DNA of 64,000 nucleotides from Paecilomyces variotii (Eukaryota): NCBI GenBank assembly GCA_004022145.1, contig RCNU01000005.1; one strand, 5' to 3'. Shown piece by piece: positions 23,980 to 36,358 of this stretch (position 1 is its first letter; each line of letters starts with the position of its first letter). The notes under the pieces were generated by a model. It saw only the letters and a program-made list of their open reading frames with translations, ran no database searches and was not told where the DNA came from. The position numbers and the translations under genes were made by a program.

Positions 23980-25132
23980 TGGTCTAAGCGACCAACTATG
24001 ACCTCTCGGTCTTTCGTTTGGTTTATTCTTTTTATTCTTTTCCCCGCCTGTCTTCGGTGGAATTCTACTTTTTTTGATTTTTCCTTCAATGTCCATATTG
24101 CAGAAATACCCTTTTATTCGCTTTTTTCTTTCTTCTTGTGTCTGGCATTGGGTTCGGCGTCGATGTGAGATTGATTGCATCTAGTTATGTTGGCATGTTA
24201 TGAACCCTAGCGTATATGTAAATATCGCTCTTGTGGTATGTACATATTAATTTACAAAGGGAATCAATTATCTTCGATAACTTCCCGAGCTTTTGATTAA
24301 AAGTATCATCAATAATGGATTCGATGTCCGTAGTGGCTAACATATATGTAGCGGGAGGTGATATAACTGTAGCGGGAACTACTTAACTAGTTAGAGCGGG
24401 CGTTTAGATAGGTAAAAGCGTGATCACTGCGACAGTAAACATCCAGGTAGATAGCTCGAAAATCTTATCTTATGACGACGTTTGTGCATACAACAACAAT
24501 GATGGAGAAGCCATGCTCAGCCACAGTGGCATAATAACCGGTTCCTTCGATCCTGATCTGCAAGGATGCAGTCGATTTCGGCAAGTACTCTTAAAGAGTT
24601 TATGTCATGGCCTCCTGACCGGCATGGGTGTCACATAGCCTAGCTTAGGAGAAAGAATTGCGCCGCATGGCTATGCAGCGTAGCTTGCCTCAAGAGTCCA
24701 AGCTCAGATGGCGCAGCTATGCACTCAAAAGTACGGAGTACAGCGCAGCACGCAAAGCCTCTCGTTGACCCCTGTCAGATAGGAGTCGCAGGACGATCAG
24801 TAGTGTTCAGCAAACTGTTTGTCCTCTCAGCCAAGCGTGTATTTCTCCATCGATTGGCTCGAATATCGAGCTTTCATATCATAGTCGAAACGCCGGGGGC
24901 TCCATGCTGGCGATGTTTCCGTCAACAGCCAATAATGCAATATAGATTGGCGCCCGACTATCAACTTACCGCCGACTCGCATAACCACTACTGGAAAGAC
25001 GTTTGCTGCTGGATGAAACAGTACAGCCTTGCTCATCGGCGCAAAAGAGGTCAAAATGCTGCTCCATCCCATCCTTTTCTGTCCGGGCAGGAGAGGAGAG
25101 CTAGAAACTGAGCCTATGGTTCCTGTTGAAGG

Positions 25133-28100
25133 ATGCCTCGTATCGTCACAAGATATATTCGGAAGATAAGCCGATTCAAGGGCTCTCCGGGGGAAGGAGC
25201 CGCTGCCACTGTTTCGAGCAGCAGTACGCCAGAGCCAGAAAAAGTCTTGGTTTCTCTTCAATCGTCTTCGGTGAATCGTTCCCTGGGAGATAATAATGCT
25301 GCCGCCAGAAAGAATGCTGCTTTCGAAGAGGCCTGGAGGAATCACTTCGAGGAGCTCACAGAGGAAGAAAAGAAGAATGACTGGAGAGAAGGGAATCAGC
25401 ATGTCTCACCGGAGATGATTCATGACAAAATAGTGAATCTTGACACGAAACATGCGGCCGGGGTCTCCAGGAAAGTGATAGAGCCTACTTTACAATTCCT
25501 GCAAGCCATTGACTCGCTCGTCACGGGGGCGACAGCAGCAGCACAGTCATCGCCAATCGGCTCGATCGTCTTGGGAGTTGTTCGTGTCATCATCGACGTA
25601 GGGCCTCTGAACTTGTCCTCTTACCTATGCTTGAGATCGTGCTAAAAATCCAAGTCCGCTATTAAAGCTGGCACCTATTTCGAAAGGTTGTCACAGATGC
25701 TTGAGCGCATGCCTAGTCGTTTCGACGTCTTACAGCGATACGCCGACATAAGCGCCAGCTCGCCTGCTGTACACAAGGTCTGCTTTTTCCTTTGTATCAT
25801 ATTCTTTGTAGACACGCACTAAACTGTTCTTAGATTCTGGTTGCGTCTTACTCGAACATCCTGACTTTTTTTCGTAAAGCGTACCGCGTGTTCGTTGACA
25901 AAGAAGGATCTGAAAGAAGTATTAGTCATTCCTGGGAGTCTCCATATACTGCCAAATACTAATCTGCTGCTCTGACAGGGTTCGCTTCGGCTCGCATCTT
26001 CGTCCGCTCGCAGTGGTCGCCGTTCGAAGAGGAATACGGGAAAATAGTATCAGACTTTGAACACTATAATCAGATGTTACGAGAGATGGCTCTAGTCGAG
26101 AACCTCAATTACGTCGTGGAAAGACGGGAAGCAATATGGGAAGAGAAGAAAGCGAAAAAAGGTACGTCCAAATTAAGTTGACCAAGAGATGGATTGGAGC
26201 TGATTTCGCTCGCATCAACAGACGAAGAGAGGGAGAAATTCCTTTCGTGGGCATCTGGAGATGATTCGGAGGTCGATCATGATCGGCTCTATTCGAAGAG
26301 ATACACAGACACGGGAAGATGGCTACTAGAGGAGAAATGCTTCACTGATTGGCTGGATGATGATAATGACACACCTCTGTTTTGGTGTCATGGACAAGGT
26401 ATGCTATTACAATATTAACCTTTTCTGTAATTCTGACTGACAACTCCTATAGCTGGAATCGGAAAAAGTGTCCTCTCGTACGCCCACGCCGAGACTCCAA
26501 AAAACACGATTTCCCTAACTAACTTGTCTGTAGATCAATCGTCGTTGACCACTTGAGCAAGAGCACTTTAACTGACCAGTACGCATTGGGATTTTGGTAC
26601 TGCAAATGGGATGACACTTCCATGGAGACCATGGCATGTCGCGTAATCGGCATGTTCATCAAGCAGTTATGTCGGAAGATGTTCACCATACCATCTGAAA
26701 TACTCGAGTTCCGTCGTCGATTGAACAAAGAAGGGCGAACGCTCTTATTCAAGGACTATGCAGAACTCTTCCTCCTTTGTGCTCGCTACTTCAAACGGGT
26801 ATTCCTAACAATCGACGCCCTGGATGAGTGCAAAGATGAGCAGCGCGAGCTTATCATGGACTTTGTTCAGAGTCTTTCTGCCTCACATATCAAGGTCTTT
26901 CTAGCTAGCAGATGGATGCAGGATATTGAAAAAGCCTGCGTCAATAAAGCGGTGATATTGCCAATAACCGCGTGGGAAGTGAAGGATGATATCACCATAT
27001 TTGTCGAACATCAGGTGCCTGAGAAGCTATCAATTACGTCTGCCGATATCAGGGGGAGGGTTATAAAGACCTTGGTAGACAAGTCCGAAGGCTTGTAAGT
27101 GGTCTGATATTCACACTGACATTCGGATGACTTACTATTTCAGGTTCCTCTGGGTCGAATTACAGCTGAAAGATCTCTCCAAAGTCCCCGAGTGCGATCT
27201 GGAGGACCAGTTACAATACCTGCCCACAGGACTGGACGCAATGTACATACGGATGATCCGCAGCATCAAAAAGTTACCGAGAGCCAGTTCATCTTTAGCG
27301 CGAAGATGTATGCTTTGGGTGACATATGCCAAACGCCCTTTGACTGGAAGTGAGCTGAAAGAGCTTGTCTCATTCATGGCTAGTCCTTCGGGAAGTAACC
27401 AAGATCATGACTCCATGTCTTGCTCATCCCACAAACACTACTCTTCCGAAGACATCACGAATTCCTGTTTTGGTTTATTCCAAATGGACATCGACTCCGA
27501 ACCCGTTCGACCAGTCCACTATTCGATGCAGGAAGTTTTCTCTAACCGTACCGATACCGAATTCCCGGATGATTGCCGGGACTTCTTCTTATCCCCGGAA
27601 AAGGCAAATCTTCAGTTGGCAAAGGCATGCATCCGTGTACTTCTTTCTGAAGAGCTCTGCTGGGATAATGCGAGAAAATACTGTGCCAGATTTTTTGAAA
27701 GCCACATACTCAGCCTACAGACAATACCTCCAGAACTGGAGAACATGCTTGACTCCCTTCTTTCAGCAAACCGGGAAATGCTTGCGAACATATTGACATT
27801 CAGGTACCCGTATGGGTGCTGTGACTGCTGCATGGGAAGCCCACGCGAGATTGAGCCTTCCTTTTTCATTCGGTGTACGGGTCTCGATCGTGTGCCACAC
27901 GTTGCGACAAGATATCCAAAGGTGATACTGTCTGATCGTCCGGAGCAATACCTGCAACTGTCCTGCTACCTTGGCATGTCTGATGTGCTCGAGGCTATTA
28001 TTGAAACGGGCGCCGACTTGAACTATAGAGACCAAGTTGGCTACACAGCACTGGATTGTGCCTGCCTGGCCAAACAGCATGATGTGATAAAACGTCTGCT

Positions 28101-29628
28101 CGACACTGGAGTGCCCCAAAAGTGCAGTCCTTCCGGCCCGAACAGTCCAGTAATCAGAGCTGCTAAAATGAAGGACTTCAAGTCGGTCGAGCTTCTGCTG
28201 AGAGGAGGGCTGAGTGTCAGCTTGAGCGACTATATACGAGCAATCGATACTGACGATCTCGATACGGTCAAATTGATTGTTACAAGCCTAGGGGAAGGGA
28301 TAGATCAGCAAACGTATCAAAATGCTATTCATGCCGCTGTTGTTAGGGGTCTTACTGATATTACGAGCTTTCTTATCAACCGCCTGGATGGCGAAGCCCT
28401 GGTGCCGTTCTTCTGCTATGCAGTTAGTTTCGCCGGTAATAAGAAAATCAGGAACCTAATGCTGGAACGTGCGCCGGACTGGGGCTTGTGCCTCAAAAGA
28501 AACCCAAATCTACTTGAATCTGCAAGTTATTCCGGGGACCTCGAGATCATGAACGTTCTTATTCGGAACGGGGCGGATATCAATGGTCCCCCTGACAGGT
28601 ACGGAAGTCCACTTCAGGCTGCAGCTACATACGGTCACGTCAAAGCAATGGAGTTACTCCTTCAGAGGGGGGCAGATATAAATGTTATATCTAAAGAGAA
28701 CGGAACCATCCTCGAAATAGCTACCACGTCATTCAGTAACGTCGAGGCAATGGGATTACTGATTAGGAACGGCGCTTCGATAAATGAGAGCTACACACAA
28801 GAAGGAGGACCTCTAGGGGTTGCTGCCAATGGTCAGGCGTTTGACAAGATGGAGCTTCTTCTTGCCAATGGGGCCGATATTAATCTACCGCGAGGCGAAT
28901 GGGGTTCGGCTCTAGGAACTGCAGTCGCAAAGGGAAGATTGAAATCGGTCAACTATTTGCTCGAGAAAGGAGCAGATGCTGAGATATCATGTCCAAGATA
29001 CGGGTGCCCATTAAGTCTGGCGGCTTACAAAGAAAGGGTAGAAATTATGCAGATCCTTATCGACAGAGGCGCTGATGTCAACAGAGAAAGCGGAGAATAC
29101 GGCTGTCCTCTCGGAGCTGCTTCTCACAAGGGAAATATCAAAGCTATGAAACTGTTACTGAAGGCGGGTGCCAGAGTTAACACCAGTGGGGGTGTCTATG
29201 GAAGCCCACTTGGTGCAGCAGCCCTTGAAGACAATATTGAAGCCATGGACCTACTATTCGAAAACGGCGCTGACGTGAACATCCAAGGAGGACCATTCGG
29301 GACCCCATTAGGAACTGCGGCATTCGGTAACAGCATAAGGTTTATACGACCCAGTTATACGAAAGGGCTGGAGCTGCTTCTCCAGAAAGGAGCAGATGCC
29401 TATTTGCCGGGCGGCCTCTTTCGAAACCCCCTAGAAGTTGCTCTTTTTAGCTGTCATTCAGACGCTATCCAAATATTTTGCGACAAAGGATTCAAGATTG
29501 AACCCCCCTGTCCTCTCAGCAGAGAATACGACAGCATCATGGAAATGGCGAGAAGTGTAGAGGTGAAAAAGTGGTTTCTCCCAAAGAAAAGGATGTTGGA
29601 TAAACTGATAGAAGATTTGAGTCAATAG
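25133..29628 (+). CDS. NLR-like protein: N-terminal helical domain + NACHT + ankyrin repeats; about 7 introns
   Basis: TGRWLL...WL...LFWCHGQ|AGIGKSVLS (Walker A spliced), FLTIDALDEC, VFLASR, FLWVELQL, PVHYSMQE. C-terminal ankyrins of GADVN..GG.YG.PL.AA type. Introns approx. 25598-25654, 25778-25833, 25919-25978, 26162-26221, 26399-26452, 26478-26533, 27095-27143. Confidence 0.9.
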
Positions 29629-30081
29629 TTATGACATACACATGCTGGTCCTGACATAGGCCTTCTTTACTCGACGATACAGAGAGCCTGAGTCAGTTGA
29701 AGAGTGCTCTATATCCATGTTATCTTTCATTTTTCTTGGCGCGCAGGTATGAGTGAATGTATTTCGGAATATCACTTTTCCTTTGGCATTATCAATTGGC
29801 TTTTCATATTATTGGTTTCACATTTAGAGAAGACAAGCGAGTTTACAGTGCGGACTTGGAGATAGAAGCTTCCCAAATACTAGGAGAAATTGCAGACAAT
29901 TGAATGCTTATAAATGTTTATATTGAAAGTCCATAGCAATCGCGTTGAATCAGTCTAGAAAAAATGAACTACCCCTGGCACGTCACATTTTCAATCTCAG
30001 CCTGTATCAAGACCCCAGAAAATCTTGTCCACTCCCGAAGGTTATTAGTCCAGGCGGTTCCAATCCGGTTATTGTGGCACT

Positions 30082-32226
30082 TCATGATACCGTTCTGTCC
30101 ACAAAGTCACCCTTCTGCGAATGTCTATGCCCCTGAATATCCGGCTCAGACAAGTCCCTTGTTATAATAGGAGGCACAGGCTGAGCTGTGTTGTACAGCA
30201 TGAACGCCGGCGGTCTATGTTCTATCTCCGTACGTTTCATTTTCCGACGCTCGTACAGTTTCAACCAACGTAATATGGCAAAGACCACCAAATCCAGTCG
30301 ATAACAGTACTTTATAGCACCGATCAAAGTACGAAGACGCGAAGAATGCGATTCCGTGCGTCTCTGTCGCAATGGCTCTGATAGGTGCTCAGAATCATTT
30401 CCGATTCGTTTTCTTCTGTGAAGTCAACGTTCACGAGCAGTTATAACATGAGGGTTGCTCAAAGGTACTTACGAGGTCGCATTTGTGTCAGTTTGATGGG
30501 CATTTCCATCCACAGAATAGAAACCTCGACCAACACTTGGAAGTGAAGGCTCAACTTTCCGGGCGCGTGAAAAGTTTCTGGACGCATGCGCGACATAACT
30601 ATTTTCAGCAAGTGTCTCTCCCGATGAAGGAGAACAGGAACCGCAGTTATCTACATCGCTCTTACAGACCTATATCGGTTAGTCACTATGGCATAGCTCC
30701 ATATCTCATGAACATACTGGAAGCCTGGCCTCCAGTTCTCCAGGAAAGCGATAAGGTGGTTCTCTCATAGTACCATCCGGTTTGATGGATCCGATCTCCG
30801 GTCTTGTTGCCAGCAACTTAGTCTGTGTACTTATTCAGTATGGTACAACAGACCACAATGCGAGCGGTTCGTACCTCCTCGAGAATTAGCGTCATCCCTT
30901 TTCGGCATTCTGTGCGGGCCATATTCAATGAAGCCACATCACATTTTATGGGATCAGGCACTTCATCAGAAGGCTCTCTGGCCTCGTAACGTTCCGGGTC
31001 CTTCATCACTACGACGCATTAGGTTCAGCTTTATAGAAGAGGACATCGCTTACTCTTGGAGATCTTTTTCCACAATGCTTTGTAAGCCATGAAGGCACTT
31101 AGGAGATCTGCAGTATAGAGATCTATAACCGTGAGCACATATTCCTATAAGTTATGGATCAGCTTTACTTACCGCACAATCGATAGTCGAGGACAATGTA
31201 CGGTCTGTCAAGCTTTGTGTTGGTTTCATGGAATGAGCGAAGAGAGTTATAGTTCATCAGAATTGCTAATATCTTTTGAGAATGCTTCAATACTTGGGAC
31301 GGGAACTCATTGGCGGCTGCTATTACTGTCGAAAGGTCCCAATTGGCCTATATTATTGTGAGACATATACAGATTCAGCGTAGGGATGAACTAACAGTGG
31401 GCTCTTTGATCTCTCCACCTCCTGCCCAACTAACAGAAATACTGAGCTCAGTGTCTTTCCAAATGTCTTCTTTGTCCTTATCCAGTAGCGCGCTGCTCGA
31501 GAAAGGCTGTAGCAAAGACCTTGGTAAGAGCTGGACTTCGGCGGCCAGCTTCACTCTAGAGACTTTACTCTTGTCGTCCACCTTGATACTGATAATTGCC
31601 GAAAACTCTCCTCCTTCCAAGAACCCCGCAATGAATGAATCGCCATATACTGCAGGAAAATGGTCGGGATCTAAGCCAATGATAGGCCTGAATTCCATGT
31701 GGCCAAAGCTGACTGGGGCTTCGTTCGTGACCTTGACGGAGACAATGAAGTTGATATCGCTCTCATTGACTGTATTTTCCCTTATCAAAGAGGTGCCACC
31801 ACCAAGCTTGATGGAGCCATAGCTTATGGTCGCGCTTGACGAAATATTCAGGGCATCAACAATGTCTGCGACGCTGTCGATAGCCCTGGCTGTGTATGAC
31901 ACGGTTTGGCTCATGGGTTTTACAGACATTGTGTCAGAAAGGCATGGACGACATGAGAGAGATAGCCTTTCATCTTCAAGGGAATCGGTAGATAAATGGC
32001 GAGCATGGGAAGACTCAGGTGTCGGCTCTGGTCTTAGGCCTAGGGAAGGTGGCGGTGATAAAGAAACAGCAGGATGAGGATGTATAGTCACCGCGTTGTC
32101 TATACATACTTCTTGCGTATACGAATTGAAGCTAATCAGATATCAGTAGCTGTGGGACGTAGGAGTAGATGATAGCAACCCTTGACCAAGACGCATAATA
32201 CTCGTGTATGGGGCAAAGAAGGACAT
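30082..32226 (-). CDS. Putative cytosolic MACPF/CDC-like pore-forming protein (7 introns)
   Basis: Assembled in frame: MSFFAPYTSIMRLGQG|FNSYTQEVCIDNAV...ESDINFIVSVKVTN...YGDSFIAGFLEGGEF...SWAGGGEIKEPT|ANWDL..AANEFP..|DLYTADLLSAFMAYKALW..|..|..|..|..RTVS*. All junctions GT-AG with branch-like sites. Y-G-x-x-F-x6-GG at ~31609-31647 matches the MACPF signature spacing. Gene existence is high confidence; fold assignment is moderate. Confidence 0.7.
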
Positions 32227-32615
32227 CCTGACAGTCTTTGATATGTAGGGGAGTGAGGTAATGATAAGGGGTCGCCAGCGACTCCTTGATGTGTCAAGGA
32301 AGAAGTAATAAGTAACGAATATCTGATGAAGAGTAATCAAGCAGGACACTATCACGATGCCGTGAGTTGAGAAAACGCAGATTCAGGTTCGTCACTCCCT
32401 TCCCCAGCCATTGTTCTAGGAAGGAGCAACCAAAAAAAATCACAGCAGCTGGGCGTCTCAAGACAGACAAGACCAAAGGCTGATGGCATCTAGAATTCTT
32501 GGAAATAGTTATCGGATAAGCAATTGAAAGGGATTGATGCAGCTGGGTTTATATTATCGTTTCTACTTTACCTATCCCTATCGAAGGAAAGTGCAGGAAT
32601 CAAATTGCACCTCGT

Positions 32616-32617
<2 letters not shown>

Positions 32618-32672
<55 letters not shown>
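32618..32672. repeat. 55-nt poly(T) tract
   Basis: Uninterrupted T run between ...cctcgtgg and gaggttta. Confidence 0.95.
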
Positions 32673-32673
<1 letters not shown>

Positions 32674-33108
32674 AGGTTTATTGTTACTGGCAATGCGGTC
32701 TCGTCTTCATCGACACCCGGTAGTTTCGGGCGTAAAAAGGTGACTCGCAGTTCTCATTCCCTATAATAACGCAGGAAACGATGGCACAGTGCTGATACAA
32801 ATGCTCTGTTGAGAACAGTTAGCGCTGTCTGTTATTCCTGAGAGTCTTGTATTTGGGCAGGATATGCATCAATTGTCACTGAGATAGACAGCGACCGACG
32901 AGCCGAGGAAGTCGGCCTCGGCGTAGGTAAGCGTGTCGAAAGCCAGAACGCCCTCAACGCGCACAGCTAGCGACTCGGAATACTGCTTTATATCATACAT
33001 ACAGGGCAGTATATAAGTCCGTCAGGATGAGCTTTGTCTGAAGGGTCTCTTTCTTTTGTTGACGCGCTCCTTGCTGCTCATTATCGAACCTCGCTATCTT
33101 TCGCAACG

Positions 33109-33712
33109 ATGACCGCCCCGACCAGGAAACTCGACGATTTCGAGACACCCATCTACCACTGGTTCAAGGAGGTCATTCTCAACACGGAACAAGAGGTTAG
33201 CATACTCCCATTCCCGCGGGAGTTACTTTGGAGTCTGGACACTTCATACGGGGCGACGAAATTGTTTAAAGACATCGCTGACACGTATCGCGACCTGACA
33301 GTCCTGGGGTATCGATGCTAATCGCAGCCAGTTGCGCTTCGAATATGCAACCAGAGAACCTTCTCCTCGTGTCGCGTATCTTCTGAGAGTGACCCCGGAT
33401 CTTTGCAATCGAATGGGCAACCTGCACGGTGGATGCGCCGCAACTCTGATAGACAATCTCTCGAGCACTGTCCTTGCGTCCGTGTCGCGACCAGGACGCT
33501 TCTCCTTGGGTGGTGTAAGCAGGAATCTTAAGGTCACCTACCTTCGCCCTATACCAGAAGGCACGGAGATCAGAATTGTCAATGAAGTGATCCATGTGGG
33601 TCAGCGACTTGCATTGTTAAGATCTGAAATCTGGAGGACCGACACCAACGTTTTATGTGCTATCGGAGAACACGACAAAGTAAACACGGATCCGGAAGCT
33701 TCCAAAATCTAA
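33109..33712 (+). CDS. PaaI/ACOT13-family hotdog-fold acyl-CoA thioesterase
   Basis: NRMGNLHGGCAATLID, GGVSRNLKVTYLRP, HVGQRLA, GEHDKV. Intron 33196-33301. Ends ASKI*. Confidence 0.9.
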
Positions 33713-33968
33713 TCTTCATCTGGATAGATACCCATTAGATACGAATGCTTACAGCCTTTTTGGAGATACGCATGGCTGATCTACAACAATATTATTTTTC
33801 GCTAAGGTTTATATGACGAGATAACATGAAAAGAATGATTGATCATATGTTTCGCTTAGTACTAGAGCTCTTACGCAATAGCATCCAATCAATAACGGTG
33901 ATACCGGATGTCCAATAATTAAGAATATTTATCTTTTGGCTCAAGGTGCTAACGGGATCCATCGTTGT

Positions 33969-35834
33969 CTATTCCTCAGCCGAGATCTTCTTGAGGTTAT
34001 CGACGACCAATTCTTCGCCAACCGCCTGCTTGTAAATCTCTCTAATGTTCTCTGTCGAGGTGTCAGTAACTATCGCTGTAGATGGAAGAAATATACAGTT
34101 ATACTAACCTGTAGTCGTCTCGAAATGAGTTGTAGCATCGTAGCTCTTCGAGATGAAGATGTTGTCGTTGGGCAGGTTCGCCTTTGGCCTGTAAAGAGGA
34201 GCAGGAGGACCCATGAATCTCTCCTCAATGTCACCAAGGAGCTTGAATCCATGGTTGAGTTCTGCGTGCCAGTTGTCCTGGTCCTCAAGGATCTTAGAAA
34301 CAATGGCAATGTAGTAGCCCTTGGGGCAGACGCAGTGCGTCGAAGACACCATAGCAATGTAGGTATCTGTTTCGCGTAAGAAAGAGCTCTCATTACAAAT
34401 CTGCAGAGTCGATTCGAACTAACCTTTCTTCTGGTTGACTTGAGACTGCGGGATAATCAACTGCAGCGAATCGCTCGAGTCCGTCTTGGGGATCGGGTGC
34501 TTCAGGATACAGATTGCCTTTAGCAAGTGGTCGTAAGGTTCGACCTTTTCGGGGAAATATGATGGGTCGGCAATGATCTTCTTCGTCTTGGTCTCAAAGT
34601 TCATGACCACACTGCCATCGCCAGGTTCCCGCATGGTCGCCTTGATGCCCGAAACCTTACCATCGGCATCGTAAAGGATCTCGTCAATGCTGGTGTTCAG
34701 CATGTAGGTACCACCGTAGATAGCAGAAAGACGGGCAAATCCCTGCGGGAGCTCTCCAAGACCGTACAAGGGGTAGATGTATGGCGAGCCGCCATACTTT
34801 CCCATAGAGTTGACGTACAGGCGGATACGGTCGATTGTCTCCAGGATGCTCTGGAACCGTCTGGCCTTTAGTGAGTCCGATTCGTCGGTTTCACCTGGCA
34901 GTTTCGGGACATCGAGATAGTCATCTGACTGATACAGCGCCATTGCGTGACCAATGAAATCACGAGTACCTTCCTCGAGTCCAAATTTGTCATAGACATC
35001 CTTCATTGTGCTCTTATGCAAATCCAGACCTAACGTATATTAGCAGGGCCATAAGAACTACCTGACAATGAACTCACCAGCATGAGTCGACACTTCATCG
35101 GCTTTGAACTCCCCAACCCACTCTAGGAACTTCTTTGCTCTTCTCTTCTCGAACAATCCAAGCAGCGGGGAGCGCAGGGCCTCGGCGGCACTCGAGGGGA
35201 CCTTGTTCACATCATTTCCCTTGTGGACGTAGCTGCCAGCGATCGACGTGAACTTGACATACTCATGGACGTTGGTCGAGGCGAGAATACTCGAAAGGTC
35301 ACCGTTGGACATCAACAGCTTAGGCACGAGGTCGATGTTCCAGTCATGGGTCCTGCCGTATTTCTTCCACGGCTCCTCCCCAGCGGGGACATTGCCGTAC
35401 TTTTTGAACAGCTTTTAGGGGTATTAGCGGAAGTTCCAGACAAAAGCTCACATCAGACGAAAGGCCGATCGAAATATTAGACGAAAGGGTAGGAGGTTTC
35501 TAACAGTTTCAATGTTCACAGATGCAGATTCTCTTTGTTTACTTGTTAGCTTCTTCTCCCAATGGGCACCATCAGGGGCCAGTCTAGCTACTTACCCGCC
35601 ATAGTAAGGATTGCGGTCGATGTGAAGGACCTTGTATCCTTTGACACTCAGGACACTGGAAAGAGAGTTAGGGAGCTCTTCACGATGCACCACAGAAGAT
35701 AATACTCACCCCGAAAGCACACACTCCGTCAAGCCTATTTGCAGGGTTAGCGGTCAGTGAAGTTAGGGGATGGCGGGGTAATCATTACCTGTGCCCAGCA
35801 CAATGAAGTCATACTCCGGAGCAACGCCTTCCAT
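33969..35834 (-). CDS. gdi1: Rab GDP-dissociation inhibitor (several short 5' exons; appears divergent)
   Basis: EYDFIVLGTGLTECVLSG, VLHIDRNPYYGG, DWNIDLVPKLLM, SPYIYPLYGLGELPQGFARLSAIYGGTYML, SKSYDATTHFETT. Confidence 0.95.
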
Positions 35835-36358
35835 GGCGGGTATCAACAGTGAATCTTAGATGTAAGGAATGTGATACAGAACAGATGATAGATAGAAAGA
35901 CAGGAGACGGAAGCCTTATGTTGCGGTGTCAAGTGTGTTGGTCACTATGAGGTGCGCTGGTCAAGCTACGACCAACTCCCTCGCCTTAGCCTCCTAAACT
36001 GGATTGTCCCCGCAGAGCGTCGCCCCAACAAGCGGTGAGATTGGTTTAGCCTTCTCTAACACAAACGCTAAGATGGATCGACGGATAACCTTGAGACACG
36101 AGAGTTTACAAACGATAATAATTATCCTCCAGCTTATTTTAATGACCGAGTCTTTGAGGAGAATATTCAAGGGAGTCTAGGGGAGGTTGAAATCGTAGAG
36201 TGGAAAGGGGGTCTACAGTTCCAATCGTTTCCACTTGTATCAACAACGGCAAACATAATTAATGATACACTTCAGGAGATGAAATCGCGTGATAATACAT
36301 GAATCCGAGGGGATATCTGAAGCACTGTATGCTGCACTTCCCATCGAGACGCTCTAGC

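Noticed and set aside
8950-32700. Starship or other large mobile element carrying the NLRs
   Set aside because: No DUF3435 tyrosine recombinase, transposase, convincing terminal repeats or target-site duplication seen, and core genes lie between the cassettes.
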